Shown: positions 39,084-48,830 of the stretch, one piece after another | Numbering within the stretch: the stretch's first letter is position 1 | Layout: each line of letters starts with the position of its first letter | Origin: Methanomassiliicoccales archaeon | GTDB lineage: Archaea > Thermoplasmatota > Thermoplasmata > Methanomassiliicoccales > JACIVX01 | DNA: 64,000 nucleotides | Reading direction: 5' to 3' | Assembly: GCA_029907465.1 (NCBI GenBank) | Contig: JARYLV010000001.1 | Location: 8,544-72,543, forward strand | Translations under genes and position numbers: made by a program | The notes under the pieces: generated by a model | Seen by the model: the letters and a program-made list of their open reading frames with translations, nothing else | Database searches by the model: none | What the model was told of the DNA's origin: nothing

Positions 39084-39976
39084 ACCGATCCCTCCTGGAG
39101 CATCCGTCTAAGTCCATCAATAAGCGAAAGCATCTTGAAACCAAGTTTCTCTTCGACCTTTTCCACGTCAAGACATGAATAACACGGCCTTCGCGCAACT
39201 AGACCAGAATCTTTCGTGCTGATAGCTCTTATTAAAGAATTGTCAAGTTGGAAGACTTCGGCGACCTTTAAACCAATTTCATATCTGCTGAGACAATCTG
39301 GACCAGACGTATGATAGATCCCATGAGCGCCACACTCAAGAAGACTTACAAGGACATGTGCGCAGTGAGGCGCATAAGTTGGTGAGACAAACTGATCAGC
39401 AAACAGAGAAATTGACTCTCCCCTTCTAAGCGATTCGATGACCCATGTCACAAAGTTTCTCTTTTTTGATACCCGATTCCAGCCATAGAGTGTCGAAACG
39501 CGGCAGACGAGATTGACGCTCGATGAATCCAGCGTTATCCTTTCCCCTTCGAGCTTTGTCTGTGCGTAAATACCCAGAGGGTCAGGATCGTCCGACTCGG
39601 AATATCTTCCTTTTTTCATTCCATTGAAAACATAATCAGTCGAAACATAGAGGAGCTTGGCGCCGATGCTTTGGCAAAAGCTAGCAACGTTGAGGGTACC
39701 CTCAGCATTAATACTCCACGCTTCTGAAGGATTCTTCTCGCAGAGATCAACATTCGTCTGAGCGGCGGAGAGAATCACTTGATCCGGTTCGAATTTTCCC
39801 AACACAGATTCGACTTGATCGTGATTCGTAATGTCAAGGAACTCGGTCCTTACGCCTTCAAACTGAGCCGGAACATTCCTGAATGTGCCGAGAACTTCGT
39901 GTCCTTTTGTTCCAGCCTCGCTGACAACATATTGGCCGAGCAGCCCTGAGGCGCCAATGACGGCGATCCGGCTCAT
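39080..39976 (-). CDS. rmlD: dTDP-4-dehydrorhamnose reductase
   Basis: IAVIGASGLLG Rossmann N-terminus, YAQTK catalytic motif, RmlD-like length. Confidence 0.85.
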   Translation of the reverse strand: MSRIAVIGASGLLGQYVVSEAGTKGHEVLGTFRNVPAQFEGVRTEFLDITNHDQVESVLGKFEPDQVILSAAQTNVDLCEKNPSEAWSINAEGTLNVASFCQSIGAKLLYVSTDYVFNGMKKGRYSESDDPDPLGIYAQTKLEGERITLDSSSVNLVCRVSTLYGWNRVSKKRNFVTWVIESLRRGESISLFADQFVSPTYAPHCAHVLVSLLECGAHGIYHTSGPDCLSRYEIGLKVAEVFQLDNSLIRAISTKDSGLVARRPCYSCLDVEKVEEKLGFKMLSLIDGLRRMLQEGSV

Positions 39977-40068
39977 ATCGATGTCATTGGATGGGTATTC
40001 TAAAAGACCTTCGGTGCGTAACTCAAAATTAAAAATGCTAGAGGCCCTTCACATCTTTGTGATTTACC

Positions 40069-40536
40069 ATGGAGAAGAAGCTAATTGATGGGGTCGAGAT
40101 CAGGAAGCTGCAACCAATAGTGGACGAACGGGGATGGCTGATGGAATTATTTAGGAGTGACTGGAAGGAATTTGAACGATTCGGTCAGCTATATATCACG
40201 ACCTGTTATCCAGGTATCGTTAAGGCATGGCATTATCACAAGAAACAAAAGGACAATTTCATTTGTATTAGGGGAATGGCAAAGGTAGTCCTTTACGATG
40301 CACGCGAGAATTCGATTACGAAAGGAATGATCAATGAGTTTTTCATGGGAGAGAGGAATTTCATGTTGTTAAAAATCCCACCAAATATTTATCATGGATT
40401 CAAGGCAATCGGAAACCAAGAAGCCTGGATACTCAACATACCTACAGAGGTTTACAATTATTCCGAACCAGATGAATTCCGTGTGCCTTTTAACTCAAGA
40501 GATATACCATATGATTGGGCTGCAAAAAACGGTTGA
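40069..40536 (+). CDS. rmlC: dTDP-4-dehydrorhamnose 3,5-epimerase-like cupin (short form)
   Basis: 155-aa cupin with a DERGWLMELFR motif and HGF. It is divergent from rmlD-rmlA. Confidence 0.75.
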   Translation: MEKKLIDGVEIRKLQPIVDERGWLMELFRSDWKEFERFGQLYITTCYPGIVKAWHYHKKQKDNFICIRGMAKVVLYDARENSITKGMINEFFMGERNFMLLKIPPNIYHGFKAIGNQEAWILNIPTEVYNYSEPDEFRVPFNSRDIPYDWAAKNG

Positions 40537-40693
40537 AACGATGAGGGCTGGAACGACGTCGGTTTGATGGGGTTCCTTTACAATTATCGAGAAATCCTGC
40601 GAGATCATTTGAGGCACGACGACACAGAATTATTTAGGTTTATGTTCGTTTGAAGTCACTGGTATAATTGAACCATTTTCTTACTAATAATCA

Positions 40694-41047
40694 TCATGAA
40701 CCTGACGCGCATCTCCGGATTACACTGAGCAGGTCGTCTTTTCTGAAAGGTTTTGAGATGACCGCTTTTGCCCCAACCTCTAACATCGCGGGTCCTTTGA
40801 CGGCAGAAAAAGCGGTCAGACAAATAATGGCCGATCTGGGGTTCTCCCGTTGTATCTGCCTGGAGGCTTCAATCCCGTCCATCTCCGGCATCAGGATGTC
40901 CATTATGATGATATCCGGATCAGATCTCACAGCAAGTTCAACTGCTTCATGGCCATTTCTTGCCTCGATAATTTCATGATCCGCCAGCATGCTGCGAATT
41001 ATTTCGCGGATATCGTCATCATCATCGGCGATGAGTATCCTCATCAA
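40694..41047 (-). CDS. Single-domain response regulator (CheY-like receiver)
   Basis: MMRILIADDDDD ... IIIMDILMPEMDG ... SKPF. Confidence 0.85.
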   Translation of the reverse strand: MMRILIADDDDDIREIIRSMLADHEIIEARNGHEAVELAVRSDPDIIIMDILMPEMDGIEASRQIQRENPRSAIICLTAFSAVKGPAMLEVGAKAVISKPFRKDDLLSVIRRCASGS

Positions 41048-41200
41048 GGGTGCGGCAATAAAAAAAGGATTTTTAGGTATTTCGGTCCTTTTTTACGACT
41101 AGCTCTCCAAAAAATATAAAACATAGCAGGAATGAATAGAAAATTATACGAAGAAAGAACCGAAGTGAAAAGTAGAAGACTAAGATAACAGGGGAAAGAT

Positions 41201-42370
41201 ATGAGGGTCTTTTCCGATAGTATCCAGTTGAGAAAATTTGTTGTTCCTGAAATTGTCTTCGGGCTCGATTCAAGGTATCTTGCCGCCCAGTATGCACGGA
41301 ACCTCGGTGCAAGAAAAGTCCTACTCGTTACTGATGAAAAAATCCAAGGAGCAGGATGGGCGGAAGATGTCGAAGAGACTTTGAAGGACGCGAGAATTCG
41401 GTATGCGGTTTACTCTGATGTGACACCAAACCCAAGAACGGAAGAAGTAATGGAGGGGGTCGATTTGTTTTCAAAAGAGAAATGCGACGCCCTCCTCGCA
41501 ATTGGTGGTGGTAGCGTTATTGATTGTGCAAAAGGAATTGGGATCGTGAGCAGCAACGGAGGGGAGATCACAGATTACGAGGGGACGGACCGTATTACTC
41601 GTCCAATCCCTCCCATCATCTGCATTCCGACGACTGCTGGGACTGCAGCAGATATTTCCCAGTTCGCCGTTTTCATGGACGTTGAAAGGAGTTTAAAATT
41701 CTGCGTAATCAGCAAATCCCTTGTTCCCGACGTTTCACTCGTTGATCCCGTTACAACAACGACCATGTCACCACGCCTGACCGCTGAGACAGGTCTGGAT
41801 GCGTTATCCCACGCTATAGAGGCATTCGTTTCGACCGGGAATTCACCATTAACGGATCTCCATGCGATAGAGGCAATAAGAATCATTGCACGATACTTGC
41901 CTCTCGCCGTGGAGAAAGGCGATGACCTGGAAGTTCGAAGCAATATGATGCTTGGCAGTCTACACGCTGGAATCGCATTTTCAAATGCGAATCTCGGTGC
42001 AATTCATGCAATGTCGCACTCCCTTGGCGGCTTTCTTGATCTCCCTCATGGTGAGTGCAATGCTATTCTTTTGGAACATGTAGTTGCCTACAATTTTGAA
42101 TCGTCGCCAAATCGATATGAGGAAATTGCAAGAGCAATGGGAATTGATGTCGAGGGCATGTACTATCCTGAAAAGAAAAATGTCCTCGTTAACGCACTGG
42201 CAGAATTGCGCCGTCGCGTGAATATCCGGCAGAAACTGCGCAATCTTGGTGTGAGAAAAACAGACATTCCTAAACTGGCGGAAATGGCGATGAAAGATCC
42301 CTGTATGACGACGAACCCCCGACGGCTCCAACAAAATGACGTCGAGGTCATCTATGAACGAGCGTTTTAG
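41201..42370 (+). CDS. Iron-containing alcohol dehydrogenase
   Basis: GGGSVIDCAKGI and the metal-binding HAMSHSLGG motif of Fe-ADH. Confidence 0.88.
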   Translation: MRVFSDSIQLRKFVVPEIVFGLDSRYLAAQYARNLGARKVLLVTDEKIQGAGWAEDVEETLKDARIRYAVYSDVTPNPRTEEVMEGVDLFSKEKCDALLAIGGGSVIDCAKGIGIVSSNGGEITDYEGTDRITRPIPPIICIPTTAGTAADISQFAVFMDVERSLKFCVISKSLVPDVSLVDPVTTTTMSPRLTAETGLDALSHAIEAFVSTGNSPLTDLHAIEAIRIIARYLPLAVEKGDDLEVRSNMMLGSLHAGIAFSNANLGAIHAMSHSLGGFLDLPHGECNAILLEHVVAYNFESSPNRYEEIARAMGIDVEGMYYPEKKNVLVNALAELRRRVNIRQKLRNLGVRKTDIPKLAEMAMKDPCMTTNPRRLQQNDVEVIYERAF

Positions 42371-43472
42371 AAATACCTCAATGGATGACTCCGAATACAA
42401 AGAGATTCTCGGGCTCGGCAGGCATTCGGTGAGAAAGAGCTATTATCCAGAGTTAAGGAGAAGAATTGAGGAACTGGAAAAGATAAAGACGATACTTGAT
42501 CATTCAAGTTTTGCCATTTTCATCGTCGAAGTACCTTCTGGCAAAATACTATACTCGAATGCGTACGTTGCCAATGAATTGAAATATGATGAGAGGTCCC
42601 TCAGTAGGATGAGGATTCATGAGATCTTCGGAGAGCACATGCAGGAATTTATAACCAGATCCCTTGATGCTCATCCGGGAAGATGTGAGCCCTTTGTTTC
42701 AGAGATCAAATCAGCAGACGGAAAAACAATACCGTGTGAAGTTGTTTTTTTTACCTCGACGACTGATAACGAAAGATTCGCTGTCCTCATTATTCATGAT
42801 ATCAGGGATATGGTCGGGGTCGAAAGAGCGCTTAGATCAACGGAAAACCTCTTGGCAAACATCATCGAGCAAAGCCCTGTCTCAGTGATGATAACCGATT
42901 CGAGTGGCACGGCGATTCGATTGAACCGAAAGTGCAAAGAGATGTTTGGGGTCAATTGTGATGATCAATTAGTCGGCAGATATAACATACTCGCTGATCC
43001 TCAGATCCATCGACAGGGATTTGCTGGAGAAATCCAAAAAGTCTTTACAGAAGGCAAAAGTACCCGTTTTACGATCGAATATGATACCTCGGGATTTTCT
43101 GATATGGGGGCAAGTGGACAAAGTAGTCGCATTCTAACCTTTGTTATCTCTCCGGTGAGTAATGAGGGGGGTAAATTCGTAAACGCCATTATTATCCACA
43201 TCGATGAGACGGAGAGAATGAGGGAGGAAAACTTGAGAAAAAAAGCATTCCAGCAGATCGAAGAAAACATTGAACAATTTGCGACGGTCCTTGACGAAAT
43301 GAGGAATCCCCTCAGTGTGATCATAGGTCTTCTGGAATCAAGCGGTAACGAGGAAATTACGAGTAAAGTGCTCAGCCAGGTAGAACGAATTGAAAAGATG
43401 CTCAATCGATTGGAAAAAGAATGGATTGCAACCGAAGAAATGAAAAGGATCATCAAGAGGACAATTGAATAG
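42354..43472 (+). CDS. PAS-PAS sensor protein with a degenerate, His-less DHp (HisKA-like) domain and no ATPase domain
   Basis: Two PAS-like blocks. The C-terminal helix FATVLDEMRNPLSVIIGLLE aligns to the SHELRTPL H-box with Asp in place of His. The ORF ends about 60 aa later with no HATPase. ATG 42354 follows GAGGT and overlaps the ADH stop. The ORF track start is 42336. Confidence 0.75.
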   Translation: MNERFRNTSMDDSEYKEILGLGRHSVRKSYYPELRRRIEELEKIKTILDHSSFAIFIVEVPSGKILYSNAYVANELKYDERSLSRMRIHEIFGEHMQEFITRSLDAHPGRCEPFVSEIKSADGKTIPCEVVFFTSTTDNERFAVLIIHDIRDMVGVERALRSTENLLANIIEQSPVSVMITDSSGTAIRLNRKCKEMFGVNCDDQLVGRYNILADPQIHRQGFAGEIQKVFTEGKSTRFTIEYDTSGFSDMGASGQSSRILTFVISPVSNEGGKFVNAIIIHIDETERMREENLRKKAFQQIEENIEQFATVLDEMRNPLSVIIGLLESSGNEEITSKVLSQVERIEKMLNRLEKEWIATEEMKRIIKRTIE

Positions 43473-43659
43473 TCAAATGAAATTCCCGTTTCTTACCAGT
43501 AAAAATGAACTCTAAAAGGATCAAATGTACATTTCAGCGGGGGCTCGAGATTTCTAAATTGATTCTGCTTTTAACAAGACCAGTGATAGAACGAGCAACA
43601 ACGGAACTCGCTTGCGTATCGACATAGATTTTATATCATTATAGAAATACGCCCAGAGG

Positions 43660-44247
43660 ATGAAGGCCCTTATCCTCAACGGCAGCGCCAACAAGAATGG
43701 CAATACTGCTTCGCTCTTGGAAAAAATCCGGTTGAAATTTGAAAAGGTATCGATCGATCATGAGTGGATAAACCTTGCGGATATGAAAATCGAGGACTGT
43801 AGGGGATGTCTCGAATGTAAGAAAACTGGTCGATGTGGAATTGATGATGATATGCAGACAATCTATGAGAAAATCCAGGAAGTTGATTTTATTGTGCTCG
43901 GTTCACCCATCTACATGGGTGCGGAAACTGGCAGGGTCAAATCGTTTGTTGATCGTCTTTACGCTTTTTTAAAATTCACCGACAAAAAAGGCGTTTTCGA
44001 AAGCGATCTGAGAAAAGGAAAAAGAGCGATTGTCGTCTTCTCTTGTGGCCTGAAGGATGGCAACATTGTCTATAACCATTTGAATGTGCGGTACTTCAAC
44101 ACCTTTGTGAAATTGCTCGGCTGCGATGATATGCGATCATTCATCATTCCCTCGTTCTACCTTATTGACAAGAACAAGGGATCTGACGCTTCATCTCCGT
44201 TGAAACAGTTCCTCGAAGAGACATCCCGATTCATAGATGTGCCATAG
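43660..44247 (+). CDS. Iron-sulfur flavoprotein (Isf) / NADPH-dependent FMN reductase family
   Basis: MKALILNGSANKNGNT N-terminus and CRGCLECKKTGRC (Cx2Cx2Cx5C). Confidence 0.8.
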   Translation: MKALILNGSANKNGNTASLLEKIRLKFEKVSIDHEWINLADMKIEDCRGCLECKKTGRCGIDDDMQTIYEKIQEVDFIVLGSPIYMGAETGRVKSFVDRLYAFLKFTDKKGVFESDLRKGKRAIVVFSCGLKDGNIVYNHLNVRYFNTFVKLLGCDDMRSFIIPSFYLIDKNKGSDASSPLKQFLEETSRFIDVP

Positions 44248-44347
44248 CCATATAATTTCAAATGATGAAGCCGCTGCGGTTTGCACATGCTTATACGTAG
44301 GACGCAATCCCAACAATAATATCGCCGTTCGTACTTCCTCGTAACAA

Positions 44348-45382
44348 ATGGCAGAAGATAAGAGAATTAAAGCATGCCCATATTGTGGTAGCGTCGAGGT
44401 TGTACCGAAAGTTCTTTTCGGAGGCCCACTACCAGGCGTCGATGCAAACGACGGTACATATGTCTGCGAAAAATGCGGTAGGGAAGCCGTTCCCCTGCAT
44501 TTCAGGAGTTTCGATGACTGGTACGCATTCTTTGAGGCCGATGATAACGCTTCAAAATCCATCGATGCGGCCTTCGCCATCGTTCCTATTGTACCAATCA
44601 ACACCGCCGCTCTCTTCTCAATAAGGAGATTTGACTTTCCAATCGGCAAAACGGCAAGTGTTGTGAGTATCGTTTGGCAAGACAGCTCAGTCATGCCCCG
44701 TGGCGACGGGGTCTCATTCGAAACCTATTGGGAAGCGATATTTGACAAGAGGTACAACGCATCTGCTGCCTTGATCATGGACGTCGCAGGTATTACAGAA
44801 GCGAAACCTAATTTCAAGGTCCTTAAAGACCTGACAAAAAGAAGTCGCGAGATATGGCTAGACATCGGTATGCGAAGTGTTCAAGACCTTTTCGATTGTT
44901 TCACAATGGGGGTTTCCAGAGCGATCGTGAGTACGCTCACCTCAACGGGTCTAGAGCTCTTCAACGACGTCTTTGAACTCTCGGACAAATGCTTACCGTG
45001 CATGTATTTTGATGGAGAGATCGTTTGGGCTAAGAAACGGGCTGGGCCTTCCAAACTGAAAGAAATGGCAAAGGAAATGGAGCACATCGGCTACGATGAA
45101 ATGGCAGTTGTCGACCTCAGACGACTCGGCACTGGAAATGGCGTCTCAAGAGATTTCCTTGTGGAAGCGCTTGCGTGCGATCTTGATGTCTACATTGGCG
45201 GGGGTGTCGTTGAAACTGATCTCGAATTCTTAAGAGAAGAGGGGGCGGCGGGCGCGTTCATAGACCCTCACACCGCCGTAATAAGGAGCCTTTTCGAAAT
45301 TGAAGGGGGCGTGACACCAACAAACCTCCCCCTCCAAGAAAAGAAAAAGACGGTAAAAGGCAGCAGTGTTCCGATCGATTGA
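44348..45382 (+). CDS. Zinc-ribbon domain fused to a HisA/HisF-family (beta/alpha barrel) domain, function unknown
   Basis: N-terminal CPYCGS...CEKCG ribbon. The later blocks IMDVAGI...IWLDIGMRS and VVDLRRLGTGNG...VYIGGGV resemble phosphate-binding strands of HisA/HisF-like barrels. Confidence 0.6.
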   Translation: MAEDKRIKACPYCGSVEVVPKVLFGGPLPGVDANDGTYVCEKCGREAVPLHFRSFDDWYAFFEADDNASKSIDAAFAIVPIVPINTAALFSIRRFDFPIGKTASVVSIVWQDSSVMPRGDGVSFETYWEAIFDKRYNASAALIMDVAGITEAKPNFKVLKDLTKRSREIWLDIGMRSVQDLFDCFTMGVSRAIVSTLTSTGLELFNDVFELSDKCLPCMYFDGEIVWAKKRAGPSKLKEMAKEMEHIGYDEMAVVDLRRLGTGNGVSRDFLVEALACDLDVYIGGGVVETDLEFLREEGAAGAFIDPHTAVIRSLFEIEGGVTPTNLPLQEKKKTVKGSSVPID

Positions 45383-45640
45383 AGTTGTGTAGCGAAGCGC
45401 CGCCACGTTTATGGATATCTCACTACAGCAAACTGATTGACAGGCCTTTTCCCTTTGAGTTCCGGTCATCCCCGACAGTCTTCCTAGCGCCCCATTATTA
45501 ATAAGGCGCCCTTCTCGCCAAGCAATTAATCCTTCTTTCTGAGTAGTGAAAGATACACCCGAAAGAAAATTACCAAAAAAACGAACACAACCGACAAATA
45601 ATCAGCGATACCATTCTCTCCCCGCGGAAGAAGTGAGTGA

Positions 45641-46624
45641 ATGGGGTTCAAGGTCGTCATTACTGATTACATTTACGGAGAACCAACGGAGGAGATTGAA
45701 ATTCTAAAAAAGATTGACGCAGAGGTCAGTCTTTTCCAATGCAAGACTGAAAACGACGTTATTCAGGTTGCGAGGGACGCTGATGCGATTCTCAACACAT
45801 ATGCCCCGGTTTCCCGCCGAGTTATAGAAAGGCTTGAACGCTGCAGAGTTATTGCGCGGTATGGGATCGGTTACGACACCATCGATGTTGAGGCGGCCAC
45901 TGAGAAGGGAATTGTCGTCGTCAATGTCCCAACATACTGCATCGACGAAGTTGCCGATCATACTCTGGCGTTGATCCTTTGTGCCCTGAGGAAGATAACG
46001 GTCTACGATAAGGCGATCAGAAAAGGTAGCTGGGACTGGAGAGACGCGAGACCGATCAACAGGCTCAAGGAAATGACACTCGGCCTCATCGCCGTAGGGA
46101 AAATTGGGAGGGCTCTTGCGGAGAGAGTCAAACCGATTGGCATGAGAATCATTGCCTTCGACCCATACGTTTCTGAAAAGAAGATGAGAGAGATCGGCAT
46201 TGAGCCGGTATCCCTCGATAGGCTGTTGAGAGAATCAGATGTAATTTCAATTCATACGCCCCTTACGAAAGAGACTAGGCATATGATCAACTATGATAAA
46301 CTCAAGCTGATGAAGAGAGGTGCGATCTTAGTCAACACCTCGCGCGGCGGCGTTATTAAAACGGATGATCTCGTGAGAGCACTGGAAGAGGGGCTCATCG
46401 CATTCGCTGCATTGGACGTGCTCGAAGACGAGCCTCCGCCGAAGGATCACCCTCTTTTGAAATTCGAAAACGTCGTGTTGACACCACATGCATCTTTTTA
46501 CTCAGAGGGGTCGCTGAAAGAGGTCAAGAATACGGCAGCGGAGGAAATTGTGCGCGTTCTTACTGGTAGGAAACCGCTCAGTTGCGTCAACCCAGATGTA
46601 CTGACGAGAGTTGAACTCAAGTGA
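45641..46624 (+). CDS. D-isomer-specific 2-hydroxyacid dehydrogenase family (NAD-binding)
   Basis: GLIAVGKIGRALA dinucleotide motif and the NTSRGG, DVLEDEP, TPHASFYS catalytic R/E/H pattern. Confidence 0.88.
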   Translation: MGFKVVITDYIYGEPTEEIEILKKIDAEVSLFQCKTENDVIQVARDADAILNTYAPVSRRVIERLERCRVIARYGIGYDTIDVEAATEKGIVVVNVPTYCIDEVADHTLALILCALRKITVYDKAIRKGSWDWRDARPINRLKEMTLGLIAVGKIGRALAERVKPIGMRIIAFDPYVSEKKMREIGIEPVSLDRLLRESDVISIHTPLTKETRHMINYDKLKLMKRGAILVNTSRGGVIKTDDLVRALEEGLIAFAALDVLEDEPPPKDHPLLKFENVVLTPHASFYSEGSLKEVKNTAAEEIVRVLTGRKPLSCVNPDVLTRVELK

Positions 46625-46676
46625 TCACTTGTATGTCAATGATTTACTCTCGGAGTGCTTTCAACCGACCTAAAAA

Positions 46677-47738
46677 ATGATTAAGTATCTGCGTCTCTTT
46701 TCAAGTGCCGTGTATAAGCGTATACTCGTAACGGGAGGCATGGGGTTTATCGGAAGCAATTTTATCAGGTTTATGATCGAGAGACATCCTGAAATTGAAA
46801 TCATCAATCTCGATAAATTGACATATGCGGGAAATCCGCGCAATCTCGAAGATATCAACTGCGAAAGGGTGAAGTTCGTCAAGGGGGACATATGTAACGG
46901 AGCCATTGTCAATGATCTAGCGGCAAAATGCGATGCAATAGTCCATTTTGCTGCAGAGACGCATGTCGACCGTTCAATCACTTCCGCAAGCGCTTTCATA
47001 GAAACAGATGTGTACGGCACTTACGTGTTGCTTGAGGCGGCGAGAAAACAGCGTGTGAAGCGGTTCATACATATATCCACGGACGAGGTTTATGGAGAAG
47101 CGGTGACAGGACCTTCAAAAGAAACCGATGCGCTCATGCCCAAAAGCCCCTATGCTGCAAGTAAGGCTGGTGCTGATAGACTCGTTTTTTCCTATTACTG
47201 TACTTACGGGCTCCCTGCGATCATCACGCGCTGCACGAATAACTATGGGCCATTCCAATACCCAGAGAAACTGATCCCACTTTTCATCACCAATGCCATT
47301 GAGAACAAGCCGCTTCCTGTCTACGGCACTGGTAAGAATACAAGAGACTGGATTTTTGTCAGAGACCACTGCGAGGCGATAGATCTCCTCCTCCATTCCA
47401 ACGGATTTGAAGGCGAGGTGTTTAATATCGGCTCAGGGGAGGAAAAGAGCGTCCTAGAAATTGCCTCGGTCATACTGGATCTGCTAGGAAAACCAAAAGA
47501 GCTCATCACCTTCGTTCCAGATAGACCAGGTCATGTAATGAGGCATGCTGTTGATACAAGAAAAATCAGAGATCTAACTGGATGGAAGCCAAGATATAGC
47601 TTCAACGATGGGATAGAAGAAACGATTAATTGGTATCGAAAAAATGAAAGCTGGTGGAAAGAAATCAAATCTGGAGAATTCAGGAAATATTATGAAAGCC
47701 AGTATGCAACGATAGCCGGTATCCAATCATCACAATAA
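46677..47738 (+). CDS. rmlB: dTDP-glucose 4,6-dehydratase
   Basis: ILVTGGMGFIGSNF, STDEVYG and YAASKAGAD motifs. The start could be GTG 46710. Confidence 0.9.
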   Translation: MIKYLRLFSSAVYKRILVTGGMGFIGSNFIRFMIERHPEIEIINLDKLTYAGNPRNLEDINCERVKFVKGDICNGAIVNDLAAKCDAIVHFAAETHVDRSITSASAFIETDVYGTYVLLEAARKQRVKRFIHISTDEVYGEAVTGPSKETDALMPKSPYAASKAGADRLVFSYYCTYGLPAIITRCTNNYGPFQYPEKLIPLFITNAIENKPLPVYGTGKNTRDWIFVRDHCEAIDLLLHSNGFEGEVFNIGSGEEKSVLEIASVILDLLGKPKELITFVPDRPGHVMRHAVDTRKIRDLTGWKPRYSFNDGIEETINWYRKNESWWKEIKSGEFRKYYESQYATIAGIQSSQ

Positions 47739-48082
47739 TTGAAATCAATGAACATGAAACAATTCGACCGTAAACGCCAGACAATTCTCGATCGACAAGA
47801 TTTCTAAGATTAATTATATTGATCCTTTCCCTGAACGATGGAACAGGGAATGATGAGTAATAACTTTCTTAGAATCAGTAAGGAATCGAATAGTTTATTG
47901 GAGACCTCAAATGCAAATTTCAATCCTCGCCATCTTTTTTTCAATTAAGGATTTTTGCATTTTCTCAGTGATGATGTCAATCTGAGCAATGGCTCCGCTA
48001 TGTTTATTACTGCATTTAATGATGTGGTGAAAAGTGATTGATGTACTGACAGTCGAGCCAACGGCCGCTTGGGGGGAAATAT

Positions 48083-48787
48083 GTGGGTCTTAACGCCGTG
48101 GGTTTTGGAATGATGGGGCTTGTCTATGGTCTCTCCCACTGGATTTTTTACACGAGTGGAGTCCGGGCTAACCCGGCGTGGTGGGAAAAGAAGACCAAGC
48201 CAGGAGAGTTAGTCCCTGAACAAGGTATCGGTGCTATGGGTGCCCTGGCGGCTGCGATCTCCCTCCTTCTCATGGCGGTCTGGCATTTTGCAACAGATCC
48301 GTTTAACGGGCCGATTTCTACCATTTTCTCAATCGTCCCAGCGTTGTACGGGTTCTTATTCCTAGGAACTTTCTTTTGCGCGACGCAGGGCTGGGACTGG
48401 AGACCAGTAGGTGATGCGGCTCTCTGGGGCGCAACGACCCAGTTCATATTGATCCCGATAGCTGCGTGGAATGGTGTGTCTTGGGACTTTAATGTTGGTA
48501 TGTGGGTTTATGGATTCACAGCCAGTACATGGGGGCTCGTGATACACGGAAAATGCAGTGCAAGAATCCACCAGTTCAACCTATGCTGTTCAATGTTCAT
48601 TACGTGGTGGTACATGATCTTCGGCGGCGGGATACTAAACTGGGAGGACTTCAAGATACTAGGCGATATCCAGAACATGCTACCGAGAGAGGATTGGGCG
48701 ATACTTTGGATCGCAATTGGTATCATCAACATGATGATGATTGTCTGGACATACAGGAAAGGTCCATCTAAACAATTCATTTGGTGA
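48083..48787 (+). CDS. AmiS/UreI-family channel-like membrane protein (paralog 1)
   Basis: GWDWRPVGDAALWGATTQFILIPIAAW resembles the UreI GLDWRPYSWYSLFVAINTIPAA block, and EDWAILWIAIG resembles DWWAIIWLAWG. GTG start after GGGGGG. Confidence 0.6.
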   Translation: MGLNAVGFGMMGLVYGLSHWIFYTSGVRANPAWWEKKTKPGELVPEQGIGAMGALAAAISLLLMAVWHFATDPFNGPISTIFSIVPALYGFLFLGTFFCATQGWDWRPVGDAALWGATTQFILIPIAAWNGVSWDFNVGMWVYGFTASTWGLVIHGKCSARIHQFNLCCSMFITWWYMIFGGGILNWEDFKILGDIQNMLPREDWAILWIAIGIINMMMIVWTYRKGPSKQFIW

Positions 48788-48797
48788 TTCCAGACTG

Positions 48798-48830
48798 AAG
48801 GGACGATCCTATTCGTCTTTTATTTCATTT
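48798..48830 (+). terminator. Hairpin plus T-tract downstream of the first AmiS/UreI-like gene
   Basis: GACGA-tcctat-TCGTC stem (extendable with G-U pairs) followed by TTTTATTTCATTT. Confidence 0.35.

Noticed and set aside
47968-48049. C/D-box sRNA-like elements (GTGATGA ... CTGA ... ATGATG ... CTGA) upstream of the first AmiS/UreI-like gene.
   Set aside because: The box spacing is wrong for archaeal C/D sRNAs: 7 nt between C and D', 21 nt between C' and D, about 82 nt overall. There are no terminal complementary ends.
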